Source of the DNA: Lingula anatina
Taxonomy: Eukaryota > Animalia > Brachiopoda
DNA length: 64,000 nt
NCBI GenBank assembly: GCA_051362555.1
Contig: CM120642.1
Span: 8,370,001 to 8,434,000 of the forward strand
Direction of reading: 5' to 3'
The notes beneath the pieces are model-generated. The model did not search any database and was not told where the DNA came from. It was given only the letters and a program-made list of their open reading frames with translations. Of this stretch, positions 1-14,900 are shown one piece after another; the stretch's first letter is position 1, and the number at the start of each line of letters is the position of its first letter. The translations under genes were made by a program, and so were the position numbers.

Positions 1-980
1 TTTCCTAATAATCTCATACTGTCTGCTGCTTTTTCGATATGACTGGTGGCCTCAAATTTCTGTTCTCAATGTCTTTTCAGACATTTCTACTGCCAAAATT
101 GATACACTTAGACTGACTTTATGACTAGGATTCAGACAATGCTACAAAAAAGGAGTACAGTAGTAGGAGGGAAAAACGCTCCTTTTAGTTAGATAATGTT
201 GCAGTTCATTATCATTATTTTTATCTTTTAAATTGATTTTTTTTTGCCTTTGTAGTTTTTTCTACTCTTATTATCAACCTTTGCTACTTGGAGAAATATG
301 GATCGAATATTCAGAGCGTTTTCTTCAGCAGGCATTACAGTATATACATGTATGTATTTGCAAGTTTACGATCAACTAAATGCCCTTAAAAGTCGTGTAG
401 CTGATCACCAAGAAGGAAGGTCTAGCCGATGATAGAATGAAATGGACATAAAATTATGCTGAAGCGTAACACACCAGCACAAAACTGCAACCCAGACATA
501 CAGATATTTTCTAAAGCGTATAGTCAGTGTTCTCCGTTTGATTAACTGCGAAAACACGCCACAGGTGCCTCTTCACCTTTCGGGATAATCTCTCAGCAGA
601 GCAGAGCAAATATCCCATTACTTTTGCCCGATGTATTACAGCACCCTGCACACAGCCTAAGATTGCCACTTAACAGTCCGCCAAGAAGCAGATGCGTGCT
701 GTCTCTTAAAGACGGCCAGGAAGGCGTGGAAGACGTGCTGTTACGTCATTCACTTTCTTTTACTGTCATTTTGTACGTATAAACTATTGATTTTACAGCG
801 CAGCGATAATCAGGCTGCTCGATCTTCGCATCGATAGTCACGATCTTCGATTTTTTAATCCTATCGTCGATAGGCAAAGCAGGTTTTTAAAAGTGGCAAA
901 ATAGGCCCACATGTAGCAGAGAGCTTTACCTGCATATTAATTCTACCTGTAAGACCTTGTTTGTTCAGCGGAAGAAAAGC

Positions 981-1278
981 AGATGTTATTTGGCCCGGTG
1001 CTACTACGACCTTCAGCGCGAGAGAGAGAGGCTAGTCACTAAGGTGTCACTTCTACCTTGAGTTTATACAAACGTGCAAATGCAGGCAAGAACAGACTGA
1101 GAATACAATAGGATGATGGGAAAAACTGAGATGTTATTTGGCCCGGTGCTACTACGACCTTCAGCGCGAGAGAGAGAGGCTAGTCACTAAGGTGTCACTT
1201 CTACCTTGAGTTTATACAAACGTGCAAATGCAGGCAAGAACAGACTGAGAATACAATAGGATGATGGGAAAAACTGAG
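981..1278. repeat. Perfect 148-bp tandem duplication
   Basis: 981-1128 and 1129-1276 appear identical (agatgttatttggcccgg...gggaaaaactg). Confidence 0.95.
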
Positions 1279-4200
1279 CAGAGGCGAAGTAGAAACAGGT
1301 ACGTCAATTTCACAGAACCGTATAACGTACGTAGCATATGTTTCCGTGTTTTCAAATGCTTTATGGCCTTGCTAATGTATTGATAGAGGGGTTTCTATTG
1401 TCGGAAAGTCATTTCCGTCGTGACCGATTCACATTTAGTGATGCGTGATCTACGGAAATACCAAGAATTTGTTATATTATCGCGTGAAAGCCCGAGGTGT
1501 ATTTCGAGCATCGTCTCACTGGGACCTCATGCATCTTCCACCAGCAAACAGCCAACCAAACATGATCAAACAAACTTTATCCTCTGGATGTGTAATACTT
1601 ATAATACCAAGTTAACTGACTTTTGACAACAGCACATTTGGAGTATGGTTTGTTAGACGCGGACAATAAGTTTATAGGACTGGTCTTGAGACTACGAAAA
1701 TAAATGAAATAATATATGTGAAAATATGTTATGGTCCATTAGACGTTTCACTTGAGATGGTTTGATAAGTGGTTTAGTATTTACACGTCCAGCCCTATTT
1801 AATGATAATGCTACCGGCATTATTACGGCTATTTTTTGAACTTGCGTCGGCTCTCATGGGCCATGCAAGCAATTCTCAACAGTTAACCTTAATTTCCGCT
1901 GATCGATTGATCATTTTTATACAGGCAGCTTTTACAAAAATCTAGACACGCACCCAACGCTACATCGACTGACTGGTTATTTTTTTTCTTTTTTTGTATT
2001 TCATTATTGCTTGTTTCAACTATTGGTAACCCGATATGTTAATCTTCTTACAAAGTGAAAGAAAAAAGGACATGAGCACGCATTATCTTGTAAAAGTAGA
2101 ATTAGGTAAAACAAACACAATGCGTGCTCTTATACCGAGAGTGTTAGACTAATCGTTAAGTGAAGAGGGTAAAGTAACGGGTTCTCGGCGAATAGAGACC
2201 TTTCTCCATTGTGTGTAGCACTCTCCAGTGCTTGTAATTACTTAGTACCGGACAAAACTGAGCAAATACAACACGTTTAAGATTACCCGTGGGAGTGAAA
2301 GGTAACGAAATACCCAACAAAGGGGCAAAAAATGTATACGTGATACAAAAATGAGGGATAAAATGAAATGGGACAGATGGGTATTTTCCCAGACCTGTCG
2401 ATAGTTCTGATTTTGGCTAACGCTACATTGCGTGTTTATTAATGGTTAACCTTTTATTAACCAAATAAAAAACACAAGGGATTTCGTATGTTAGGCCTAT
2501 TGGGATTGATGCTATTTCAGGCACGTTGATTACAGTCGATTGAGTAAGAGCCAGTGCAATTTTCTAAGTGCAAGGAGTGTATTGGCCAGATGGTACTATT
2601 ACATGCCTGTTCAACATTAAATAAACCCCAGTAATGCGGTGCTTGGAATCCATAAAATAATTGCGATGTTTTTGTTGTCATTATAATTACAGTTCGCTAA
2701 GTATACCTATCTTTCTCTTATTTTCTCAGAAAAATTATTAAAAAATCGATAACAATTACATCTGCTGTTCGTTAAGTTTGGTGCGGCAATACACAGAGCT
2801 CTCTCGAGCGTTTCTAACTCAAGTGGGGGGGGGGGGGTTCTTTCTTCTCCTGTATAGTATTGTCCACTGTAGCCTTCTTTGTTGCACGGCGAAATCCAAT
2901 CATGCCTGTCTATTCTCAGAGGACATCTTTTTTCCCCATTCCGATAAATCAATATTTAGCAGCAACATATGATCCTGTGTCTACAAATGCCGGGGGAAAT
3001 GAATAGTGATTTTGAACCATTCTTATTACAGTTAGGATCTGATGGTCTTTGTCTCACATTGCCGTGATAGTTGAACAAAGGTCTCTGTACAAGAAGGCAG
3101 GTGCATTCCCCCTTGCAAATAACCAACATTGAAGAGCCCGTTGATTGGAGATGAGGCGGACAAAAAGATGTTTTAACATCTTTTAAAATGGCTTAAAAGC
3201 CATCTTTTAGTTACTGAACAAAGCGCCGCCCATCGACTTATCGCGTTCACATCCTAAAACGCCGTAAACCAAATCGTCACGCTTGGTAATTTATAACGAC
3301 TGCTAATACCCCCTTTACACTGGACGGCGTTCTTTCTGCGTCCTTTCTGCGACCATGAAATTTGGCATCGCTGAGGTCTTAATAAGGAGGCACGAGCATT
3401 GATTTTGTATCAGAATGAATGCTCAATGATCGGCCAGTTGTCGGCACGTAAAGTATTATAATTTTTTAACTCTCAAATGGGACCGTACTGCTGGACGCAG
3501 AAAGGACGCCGTCCAGTGTAAAGGGGGATTTACATAAGATGAATAAGTGGAAAAGTATAGGAAGGCAGGAGATTTTTTAAATATTAATCATATAAAGTTA
3601 AACTAGAGACTAAGTATAAACACTTGTTCGGTGCAACATGAATTTCACCAATAAGTGAACAGAGAAAAGTCAACTGCAAAGAAACTTACCAATATAGATC
3701 ATTATAACTATTACAATCTGTTGATCCCATCAGATCAAACGGTCTATTTTAAATCAAATGATAGAAAACATCTCATTTGGACAATATGTTCCTCAAATCA
3801 CACCACTTATACTAAGGAGGGTAGGCCCACCTCTTGCTTTCTTACACAAATCGTATTGACATTAACAGGACCCACAAAGCCTTGGAGAGCTTTTAGAACC
3901 ACCCCTTTCAAGAAATTATGTTAATGCTCCCCCGGAGCATTAGGGGTTGTTTACCATGGGTATTAAACCACCTCAAGCTAAATATGAATAAATTATTTAC
4001 CACTTCTTTTCTGTGACGTCTTTATAGTAACTAGAAGCACGGGGATCTCATTGGCATTACATCACGTTCATCGCGTGCGCCTACTCTACCTGCGCCGCCG
4101 TTTGTACTACCTTTCTATATACAACTGTATACAACGCTGGTAGTTATGGTAAAAATATAAGCCCTTACGAAAACTAAGACGAAAGAGCATGGCAGGGTAA

Positions 4201-7200
4201 TCTAAGGCTGCTCGTAGGATAATTTTGGCTCGTGTTTCCTTCCACTTTTCCTCAATTACTGGAGGATGCCGTTAAGCGCCTATATCGTCCCTGGAATAGC
4301 TTTTGCTCAAGAAGTTAGGAAATGTAAAAATACGTTTTAATAGGCACCGTTTCGTACGTATTTGTACTTCTTCTTAAGGGGAATCGATACGTTAGAAAGG
4401 CCAAGTTTGGCAAAATAGCCCTTTTCCCTTTCGTTTATGTGAAATACTTATCATAATATTTTTGCAATACAAATAAACATTTTTTTTAGCTCAGAAACGC
4501 CTTTTTGTTGCTTCATTCACCACCCCACTAACTATTGTACATAGGGTAGGCAGGCGTTAATTGTCAGTTTCGCCACTTTGTAAATAGTTGTGAGATAGTG
4601 ATCGGTTCCCGACATAACTCTGTAACTAAGTAAGATGTCATCACAAAAATTGGCATGGTTGACTCCAAGGGTGTGGACTACAATTCAGTGCAAACATTTG
4701 GTGTTATTATTTATTATTTATTATAATTTTTTTTTGGGGGGGGGGGATAAGGGCCCCAGATTTCGATGTTCCATAAAAAGGCGATGTTTCTCTTCTTTGT
4801 TGATCGAATGCAGTACTTACATGTGTAGTTGTTATCAAATCGGTTTTAAACTTTTGTTCTGGCTAGAGAGATCTGTTTAAAATCAGTATTACAGTTTTCA
4901 CACTAAAAACTGCTGTAACGTATACCAGCTACAGCTACATTCTTCCCGATGTATCTTTGATGGCACAGCAATATTTCACGACGAGACAATGTTTATATCC
5001 TCATTATCTAAATGGATAATTAAAAATCTATTCGATCCAACTTAACTTACAGGCCTTTGGTTAATTGGCTATTTTCACAGCTGAGGGAGAGGCGACGTGA
5101 GGATAATCGTCTACTTAAATTCACTTATCCAAATACTAAACACAATATCTGTGGAACTGGTGCTTCATGACAATTCTGTTGAGTGTATTAATGTAGCATT
5201 CTTAATCCAGAGAAAATACCCACGATTAATTTCTGTGCTGCACTAATATCAATACGATCAATTGTCTGTTTTAACTGACAAAGAAACTAAATTAGGTGCT
5301 TATCACAAAACTCACCTGTAATGTGCTACATGCACATGTGCGTATTGGCATTACGGTTGAGGCTCTACCGAGAACGCGGGAATGAAAAAGAACGATGGGA
5401 ATATCTTCTTAATATGCCTGCCTCACAGCCAACGAAGACAAACGAAAAAAATAATCATAGGGTTACAAACTATCATCCATCGTGCGTTTCGCATTAGATC
5501 CAAGTCGATATATCGTTCATAGATACTAGGGGGGAAAGTGTTTTTAATGACTACTACGCTGTGCGCGTTTGTTGGCTATGGCACGGGAAATAGGCTCAAA
5601 AGAAAAAGGTTCGGCAGCACAACAGTAAAATGCCTAAACCTCATTGTGACATAAGATGTGCGGTATAGTGTACCCCAATTACTATCTAAGTCATTTACAG
5701 TGTATGTTAGTCACATACGGTCAAATTCGACTCAGGCAGCACATTTTAACATTTTCAAATGACAACCCCTTCTTCATACAGGGACAGCTACTACTAGATA
5801 TACCCCAACGCCTTTGATATTTGTTGGCATCAAGCATTACAAGAATGCTATTGGCAGCAACGAATGCTGATAGAAGATAACAATGTAGATCCTAAGATTT
5901 TTTTGTTTTAATAAGTCTTCTAAGTATCTCATGCATATTGGAACTTAATACATTCAAGCAGTTCTGTGAGAACATTACCTGTTTAATATAAGCCTTCCTC
6001 ATTCGCAAACGGTATCCTGCCTGTATCATTATATGCGGAATTTCCAATCGACGTCACCAAAAATTACCTATGCTGTTCAGTGTACTACATATAAACCGAG
6101 CATGTCATCACTTGGTATTAATATATAGGTATTCAGGCCCGTAGCCAGCAATTTCAGAAGGGGGTTCGTTTTCTGAAAAAGTGGACCTTTTACCATAAAA
6201 TCCTCAAGTACATAAATCAAATTTTACCCAGAGTGGACCTTTTCCAAGCAAAAAGGGAGGTTCTTTCGAACCCCCCGAACCCCCCCTGGCTACGGGCCTG
6301 GTATTGCATAATTGGCTTCCACCCACCACCACCCTCAGATAAACCAAATGTAGCCCAATTGGCATTTGATACATGGCAAACCGTAGAATGTCGTTGGTAT
6401 TTGTCTCTTCTTTGACTTTCTAGCCTGCTTTTTTCTTTACTTTTCTTCATTCATTTAATTACTCCCTTTTTTCTTTATTTGTTTTATTCATTTATTAATT
6501 TTTGCTTGTTCCTGCTACTGGTTTTGGCTTCTTTTGCCCATTTTCCCATTTTACTCATTTTCTCTAGACACGCTGCCAGATGATGTTTGGACGGTATTCT
6601 TGTATGTGGATATCAATATTTAATTTATTATCAAAATAAGTCTCTGATCAACAAAGTGAATGCCACGAATAATTATGTATAGTGCCCACCTGTATAGAGG
6701 ATACCTACACTAACACCAGTGTATTGGCAGTAATGTGAACAATTTGAATTATGCTTGGTCGAAATTCTCTAAGGCATAGTTTACGTCTACCGTCGATATG
6801 GCTGTTTTCCCTTGTACCATTTAGGTGAAGAGTGCAAGTTTGAAGGAAAATAGAATTATCCTTGAACTCATTGGAAAGGATGTTCCTCAACACATTAAGG
6901 GCAACCCAAATGTTACTATCCATGTATATAGACCTCATACTGTTTTAGTTGTAGTACATACGTTGTCGGGTGGGGGCGTTGGAAGGAAACGGAAACAAAT
7001 TGCCCCATCTGACATCTGGAGCCTTCAGCGCATGTTCCTCTTTTTAAAACACATTCTCCATGGCTGCATTCACAACAGTGGCTGTTCCGCGGACTAACAG
7101 ATCCTCGGATCAAATATGGCCTACCCACTTGAAAGCTTACATCGTGATCCCCGCAGGGAATCTATTCAGTGTCTATTAAGGGATTATGCGGCAAGCTTTC

Positions 7201-8942
7201 AAGTGGGTCTGCCATATTTGATCCGTTAGTCTGCGTATCAACGTGTTTGGAATGCGTCCTTTAATGTATTCTTGCCTTTATGTCTTGTATGTTACCGAAA
7301 ACAGATTTAATTTGAGGTAAACATTCAGCTGTAAACATTGCGCATTGGGAATTATATTCTAAATAATCGCCTTTGTATCAATATTTGATAGCTTTTAGTT
7401 AATCCCACCCTTAGAATATGTTTTCTAGGCACTTAAAACACGAACACAATACTTTAATGGTATTAATTGATTATTCTGCAGTTTAGAAGCACGGGGTTTA
7501 TCATATTTAACACCTAGCCACAACCCTTGCCCCCGATCAATATGATGGGGGCATTTCTATCCTTCTACCCACCGATTTGATTATTAAAAATTCTTGTACA
7601 GAAGCGGTCACGCGACAAAAGGTATACTACATAAATACATGCGTCTTTACTTGGCGGGGGTACTTCAGTTTGAATGGCCCCCTGGTCTTGAAAAACACCC
7701 GGTTGCTGTTTTTTGTGCAATTCCATTTCAGCCCTCTTTTAACTATCTTAAACCACTTCGGGCTATTTTACCTGTTCAAATCATGTGATGTTGAATAGAG
7801 AACGTGGTAATGATTGTATTGAAACAAGTGGAACACATTATCCGACAGGTAGATCGCCGAATTACGTGAACTAAACTGATTTCTGACTGGCAGGGGAGGG
7901 ATGTCAGTCGGCTTAGTTTTTTCGAAGGGGTCACTGCCGAAGTGTCAAATACAATTGGTTACTGTGGGTATGGTATTTCGACCTCTGCTTTTCCAGATAT
8001 TCTCATAACAGACATCTGACTCAGTTCTAAACCTTTTCATTATATATAGTGCTTTCGAAATCAGTGCGTTGTATAGAATATGATGCCTTTCATTATATAA
8101 GTGGTCTGACATGCCAAAATATGTAACGGAGGATAACCAAAGCATAATTTAAGTTATATTATGCTGATAGTATCCCCCCCCCCCTTTTTTTTTTTTTTTG
8201 AAAAAGACTGTTTATTGACAAACGCAGAGTTCTGGTTTATAGTTTACAGTTCTGGTTCAATAGGAAAGACCATCCAGGTGGTTTTCCCCTATCATCTTGT
8301 GAAAAAAAAGAAACTCCGGTATAGTAGCCTTATAACACCTTAATTATTCTTTATTCTTGTTCATATATTTGAACCTTGTTACGAAAGGAATAAAAAGTTA
8401 GATTAAACATCAGGGTAATGTACAAACACAATTTGAAAATGGATGACTTGAAAATGAACACTCTTACCATAAACAGTCACCATCGAACACTGGATTACTT
8501 TTACTCCTGTGGAAAAAGGTACTTGTGCTTAGTTATACTGAATGCCTGACTCTACAGACGGTCATTTATACAAAAATTCCAATTTCGGGGACATATTCAT
8601 TGCAAATACCCTCAGCAAAATGCTACGTGGAGCGTTTCCCGAGTTACTCTGTAACTGGAAAAGGCTCTTATGGAGATTAAGTAACTCTCAAGAGTCTAAT
8701 AAATATCATTGACATGTATGCTGCTTATCCAAAAATTGATATGACTGGTTTGATTAATCCCTTTTCCTCCGGCAGATATAGGGTAATGACTTCTAAGACT
8801 GTTATATTGTTAATATACCATTCCGTATTGAATTGTGTGCTACTTTTACCATCAGTAACAAAACTGTATGAGTTGTTTTATTAGCGTTAACGCTTTGAAA
8901 TGAAATGCAATTTTTTTCAGTTTACTTCCACGTTCAAAATTG

Positions 8943-8994
<52 letters not shown>

Positions 8995-11900
8995 CGTCCA
9001 ATATTCACTTTTGCTGAGATCAATAAATGCCACGTATATCGGAAGTATTTACGTGTCTTGGTCTAGGTCTGATAATCGAAAAGCCCATCACGGTTGCTTT
9101 AACGAATGACGCCGTGGAAGTTAAGTCACGCTATTCCAAAAATATCCCAAGTTCCCAATCCGCTTTAGCCTCATTTGCAAATTACGACTGACAACATTCA
9201 ATTCAACAGGACAAAAAATCTTCTGATGTTGTGATTATTTTATCGATCTCCTTTTTTTCACAAAATTTCTCTTTTTATTTCCTGCTTTGCTGGATTTGTA
9301 TCATGCGATATAGTCATGTTTTACTTACATCTAAACTAAATTTGCCTGAATTAATGCTGTACTTTACGTGACGAAGCTTTCACGACGCTTACGGTCGGTA
9401 AGCGTAGGCTAGCACCATTATGCCATGTTCTCCCGCTAAAAGTCACAGAAAAACGTTCAAGATTCCAAAGAGGCCGCTGTAAATTGCAATTGTATGTCAG
9501 TATAATGCCTTGGCTGACACCAGTACATAGTGCAGGTTTTTATTTTGGTCGGAAACTCGTTTGAGGCACCACAACTGCTCTCCGTTAAGTGTTTATTTTT
9601 GTTCTTTTCCATTTCAAAGTTAAATAGAATCCTTTTGTAGAAATAAGTGTGAACAAAACATACAACTTTGAGCCTTTCTTGTGTACTTAGCACGTCTTGA
9701 TAGTCATTATTCTTGAACCTAATTTATGGCTATTAAAACACTGAAGCTCATTTGTGGATATTGAAACAACGCTCCGTTGCTTATGCAGATGTCACTGCGC
9801 ACGTGCTTCATACTGTCCAAGTTTAAAGTAGTGATATAAGGAGAAATGAGCGCTTTGCTGTCTATTTATAAACTACTTCAATTTTTTATTCACCTTTCAA
9901 AATTCTTTTGTTTCCCCCAATTTCTATTAAATTCTCGTTTTTGATTAATTTCATAAGGAATAGAGATGTTTAACAAGTATCACGTGCTTATTTTAAACAG
10001 GAAAGAACAGTATTGATAACCAGCTATAACTGAAAAAACATGGAGAAATTATCTTTAGAAAAATGCATTTAGTGGATGCATTTAATTTCATTAACAGTCC
10101 TCACCGTTACTGTTGAATTACCGAGACAGCTCGTTTGTGGTTTGGTACGCGTTTTTCCATGGCAAATCGCTTGTTAGTGTGGTGAACGACCCTAAACTTA
10201 AAGCGTTTGTGTAGAACAAGTGCTTTGATCCAGTCATTTCCTATAACAAACTGCCCCACAGATTCCACGATTGAGATACAAGCTGGGATAAATTATATGA
10301 TTGATAACCGAACATCTGACCAGGTAAATCGCTACGTCCAATTCACCCTAAAGGCCTGTAGCTTTGCTGTATCTCTTTAAACCAGCACCCTGCGCTCCTA
10401 CTGGTACAAGTGTTGTTTGGTAAGGTTACAATTACACGGGGACCATGATTAATGATCCGGACGGGTTGATAGGTTGATTTGGATGGGAATTAAAGAAGAC
10501 ATATCCCTATTTATTTATCAAACATTGCTGATCTAAATTCGAGCAATGCCCAGCTGTTTGTGCTTTCCTTTTTGTTTATCATTCGGTATCGAATCAGGTA
10601 CGAAATTTATGCAAGATGCGTCCAGTTGCCAAAATAGCTAATGACCAATAATCTACATTGTAACAATAAATATGTACCGGTACCAACAATAAAGAACCGA
10701 TTGCCCAGTGGTAGAGATATTACAAATGTCAGTCGCATTAAAAGAAATGTAGGAAACTATGTTCACTGGAAAATTCAAGGGGTCTTCTTATTCGACTTTT
10801 ATAGAGTTTGGGAACAGTAGAATAACAATGCGCCCCCTGGTCAAAACGGATATTTGAAAACATCTTGGCCGTTTCCTTCCATGTGACACGTTTCGAGTTT
10901 TGAACAATAGGCCTAAAATGACTAAAATGTGACGTGGCCCTCAAATTTATTCAGAGAGACAGGGATGTATTTCTAAAATAAAGTTTCGATATCATCAGTT
11001 ATTGTCGCATTAAATGTCACCATTATTTAGTTCTCATACATGTATAATAAGTATCTATCTCCCCAGTTACCGCATACATGGATATACTAAATTGCCCCAG
11101 GCTAAATCCTAAGTAAAGCACTGTCATCTCTTCGCTGTGTTCATTTATTAGTGGGTTTTCAATTTTCCGAACAGGGTCATAAATGCTAAATATTCCTAAT
11201 AATTATAGGGTAAATGAACATAATGAATAGGCTAATGAATGAATAGGTGAAAATGTTATTAAAATAATCAATAAACGAATGCCCCTGGTAGATGTATTGA
11301 CTACTTGACACACTGAACGATTGATTAAATAATAATAGTAGAAATAATAATTCAACAAATTAATTTTATTTCAGATGTCGACAGGCACTGGGCTCTAGGA
11401 TGTATCACTTCTACGGGCTGTTTGTCGTCTGCCTGGGTGTTGTCTTTCCACTGTCGTCTGCTCTGGCTCCAGACGACAAAACGTCATACTATTACACTTG
11501 GGTAAGGAATCTCAGTGAAGGCTTGTATGGCAAACCATTTTGTGTGCAAACAGCTATTGAATTTCATTGATGATATTTTTTGTAAACCTTATGCCTATTT
11601 AGTCCCATATCTGTACTAATGGTTAAATGGGAAATCACATTTAAAAGCTTTCAATTGCTGTTGAAGTCCCATAGGCATTGACAGTTTTTAATTGAAAGCA
11701 TTGATTTTGAGTTCATTTATCATTCAGCATTGCACTTTGTTATTAAGTGCCAGATGGATGTTTTAGAATTATGGCATCATAAGTCTAATGATGCCTTTTA
11801 TACATTCATTAAATGATAACAAAACCAGTCAGGAGGTCATTTTAAATTGCCAGCCAAAGCTTGATGGAGAAGCGAAAACATAAAACCACAGCATGAAGCA

Positions 11901-14900
11901 GTTGATTAAAATGAAACAAAACAGAATTTATGACTTTTCTACTTTTCGAGCAAGCATCGGCTTTATCACTGTAAAGGTTAATTGCCAAAAAATGTTCTTT
12001 TCTTTTACATTCTGGGTATCGTAGCCCTATCTAGTTACGGAATCTTTTCTTGGCAGAGAAAACATGTATGTTTAATGTATAAACCCGATTTCAAAATGCC
12101 AACCTAAGAGTGTTTTGAGCTACGCCTCAAAAAACGTGTCTGTGGAACCTTGATTTTACAACATTTGTTTCTTTCAGGTGTTTTTGCTGTACCTGTTTTC
12201 CCTCAGCCTTTGCTTCTTTATTTATCTGAGATTTTACTTGCTACGGCTGCGAGGGAAGCCGTACACTATCACCCAAGAGATCATCTCTAACAGACAAGAC
12301 GTGTCGGAGTATAGGCCAGACACACCGATGCTTCCACAGTGCAATAGCGAGAAAGGGAACCATAGCAACACAAATGGACGAGACTCTCCCAGGTCCAAGC
12401 CTCTTTTGGCGGAATGGCATTTCCCCCCTGTGTTCTTCACTGGCACCGGTTTAAATCGATACATGAGGTTCGGAGCTGCCCGTAAGTGCTTTTTTAAAAA
12501 GAGTTATGTGGGGATCGGGGAAGGGGTAGAAGAGGTACTCCCCCCTTCATGCAAGCCGAAAGAAGTGAAAGGTCGTTGCACGTTACGTCATAAGAACAAA
12601 CTCGGTCCGACTGACCGGCAAAAAGAGCACAAAGAAGGTGTCCAGAAAAAGCAAGTGATTCGGGATTCTTGTACCACACAAATTTCATTTATGATTGCTT
12701 CATTTTATGAAATTCAAAAGGGTGACTTTACTGGTTGAAAAAATATATCCTACTCGTCTCCTCTGCGGTGCATTAACTGGGCACTACTGAGTGCGGCCAA
12801 TTTGAGTCGGAAATAACGCACGCCTGACGCCCTCATTGTTAAATTCTGGTCCTGTCAGTTATTTTTCATAATTATTTATCCCCGTTTCTATCAGAAACGA
12901 AAAAGGTACTTGTTAGTACAGAAATGTAAAAAAATATCATTGATTCCGAAATCTCTCAACAATTCCAAGAATTGTTATATTCCCATTTGTAGCTTCCGTC
13001 CCTTTCTATAACATCTAAGTTATTGGATTAAGCGGTTGATACCATTACGGTTGATTTGATTTAGACTGCATAATTAAAGTGCTGACAGTTATTCAAACAA
13101 GGACTGTAGTTGCCCTAATGTGGGCAAGTAACTTGTTTTAAAGTTTTTTTAACATTCGGTACGTCAAAGTTATATTGGAAGAGAATTAGGAGGTTTGAAT
13201 TTGGGAATACTTATTTTCAGATAGAATAATAAAAACAACATTTAAAGAACTCCTGGACACTCAACTTAAGATATAGCATGTAACATTATGTTCAATCAAT
13301 TTGACCAATAACAATATTACTGCAAAAAATTTATAACCAAAAATTTCCAAGTTTTCCGAAAACTATTTTTTTTTCATTTCAGTATTCGCCACTGGCGCTA
13401 TGGGACACAACGCACTGGGGATAATAGAGTTTATCGGGCACTATGCGTCCGGATGTCAAACCCCAGTCAACGTGCTTCTCCACAGTGTACAGCTAGGCTT
13501 TACCTTCACGCAGATTATTATCATCAGCAACTACTCAGCGGTAGGTACACTGTAGCTCAAAACAAATAGTTTTGGTAGTTTGGTAATGTATGTGTAGGTG
13601 TTCTTATCTTCATTATACAGACTTGACATTTAATATGGAATATTTCAGTTTCGAAGGTATACCTAGGTAAAAATGCGTTCTTTTTTCAAAAAACTCCGAT
13701 CTCATATAAGATTTGTGAATGGAGAACTGTGTAGTCAGGTGTGTCGCTACCAATTAACTGACTTTCATGTCTGTTGCGCTGCTACATTATGTAATATGCA
13801 GTGATTTAATTGGGTAGTGTTCCTTTGGGCTGGTCAAACTTGGCTTAGGCAAAGCTTGGTTCTGTCAAAAAAGTATCCATATGTCGACAACTACTGCATA
13901 GAAGAATTTGAAATTTTGCATGCAAGCGGTCAGTTTTGCAGTGCGGAAGATGAGTCAAGTAGTGCATTACAAATGTTTTAATCTATGGCAGAATGGCGCA
14001 AAAAAGACAGACATTACCAGACAGATCATAGCGCCAAACAGAACGGTCCCCACAGTTTTATAGAGTAATGACCAGACTGATGTACCTACACAGAGGTCAC
14101 CCCCAGTGTATCAAAATCATACCTACAGGGTACAGGACCCACTGTCTTTCGGGATACGCTGCTGCAACCAAACAAAAAACACTTAGTCCGTTCAGAACGA
14201 GGGGTAAATTGCCACCAAAATGCGTTTTTCAAAGCCCTTAGCGAACACCAAACTGGGTTAAGCAGGTAAAAACACCAAACGACCTCCGAGGCACCTACTG
14301 CAAACAGCAAAACATCGTCGTCTGTTTCTCTAATGAATTGGGGGTCATGACCGTTTCTGGATAGAACACTGAAACTGCATGGCTTTCTTTATTGAGGTCA
14401 GATTTCACCTGTACCGCCCAATTAGTCAAAACAGAGTTTACAAATATCCAGAAGAGGCCTACGACGAAGCATATGCCGGGTCTTAAGTGAAAAGGGTGAT
14501 TGGCAGCGTCAGTATTTGGAGTGGATACCACATTGGTGCCAAAACACCAATGGTAGTCATCGACGAAAACCTGAACCAGATCAAATTAAGGAATAATCTC
14601 GGAACCACTTGACTATCATTTGATAGGGGGCACCTTAGGAACAATTTTAGGTTGCACGGTGAGGTTGCAGGTTCACACAGAGCACTTTTAATAGCAGATA
14701 ACTTACAGAACCAAGGGAATGAGCAGTTACCCTGGTCATCAAAATCGCCACATTTGAACCACATAGACAATATTTCGGTAGGCCATTACTCGACGAATCA
14801 ACTGCCTACATGTCCTACAACAAAACTGGACCAGATTGGACACTTTTAGACCGATGCCTGGAATATTATTCCAGATTGAACTCTAAAAACCTACCCCAAG

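Noticed and set aside
9343-9412. Two small hairpins followed by CTAG, resembling a Helitron 3' end
   Set aside because: CTAG is not followed by the expected T and no 5' end could be identified.
1420-10944. Numerous 60-90 aa ORFs in otopetrin A intron 1 and other intergenic DNA
   Set aside because: No recognisable motifs or splice-consistent structure; many are driven by homopolymers or microsatellites, as expected by chance.
12482-12738. C-terminal half of the 186-aa ORF 12178-12738, and similar ORF overhangs at 16129, 22771 and 42192
   Set aside because: Read-through into introns beyond clear splice sites; family similarity stops at the junctions.
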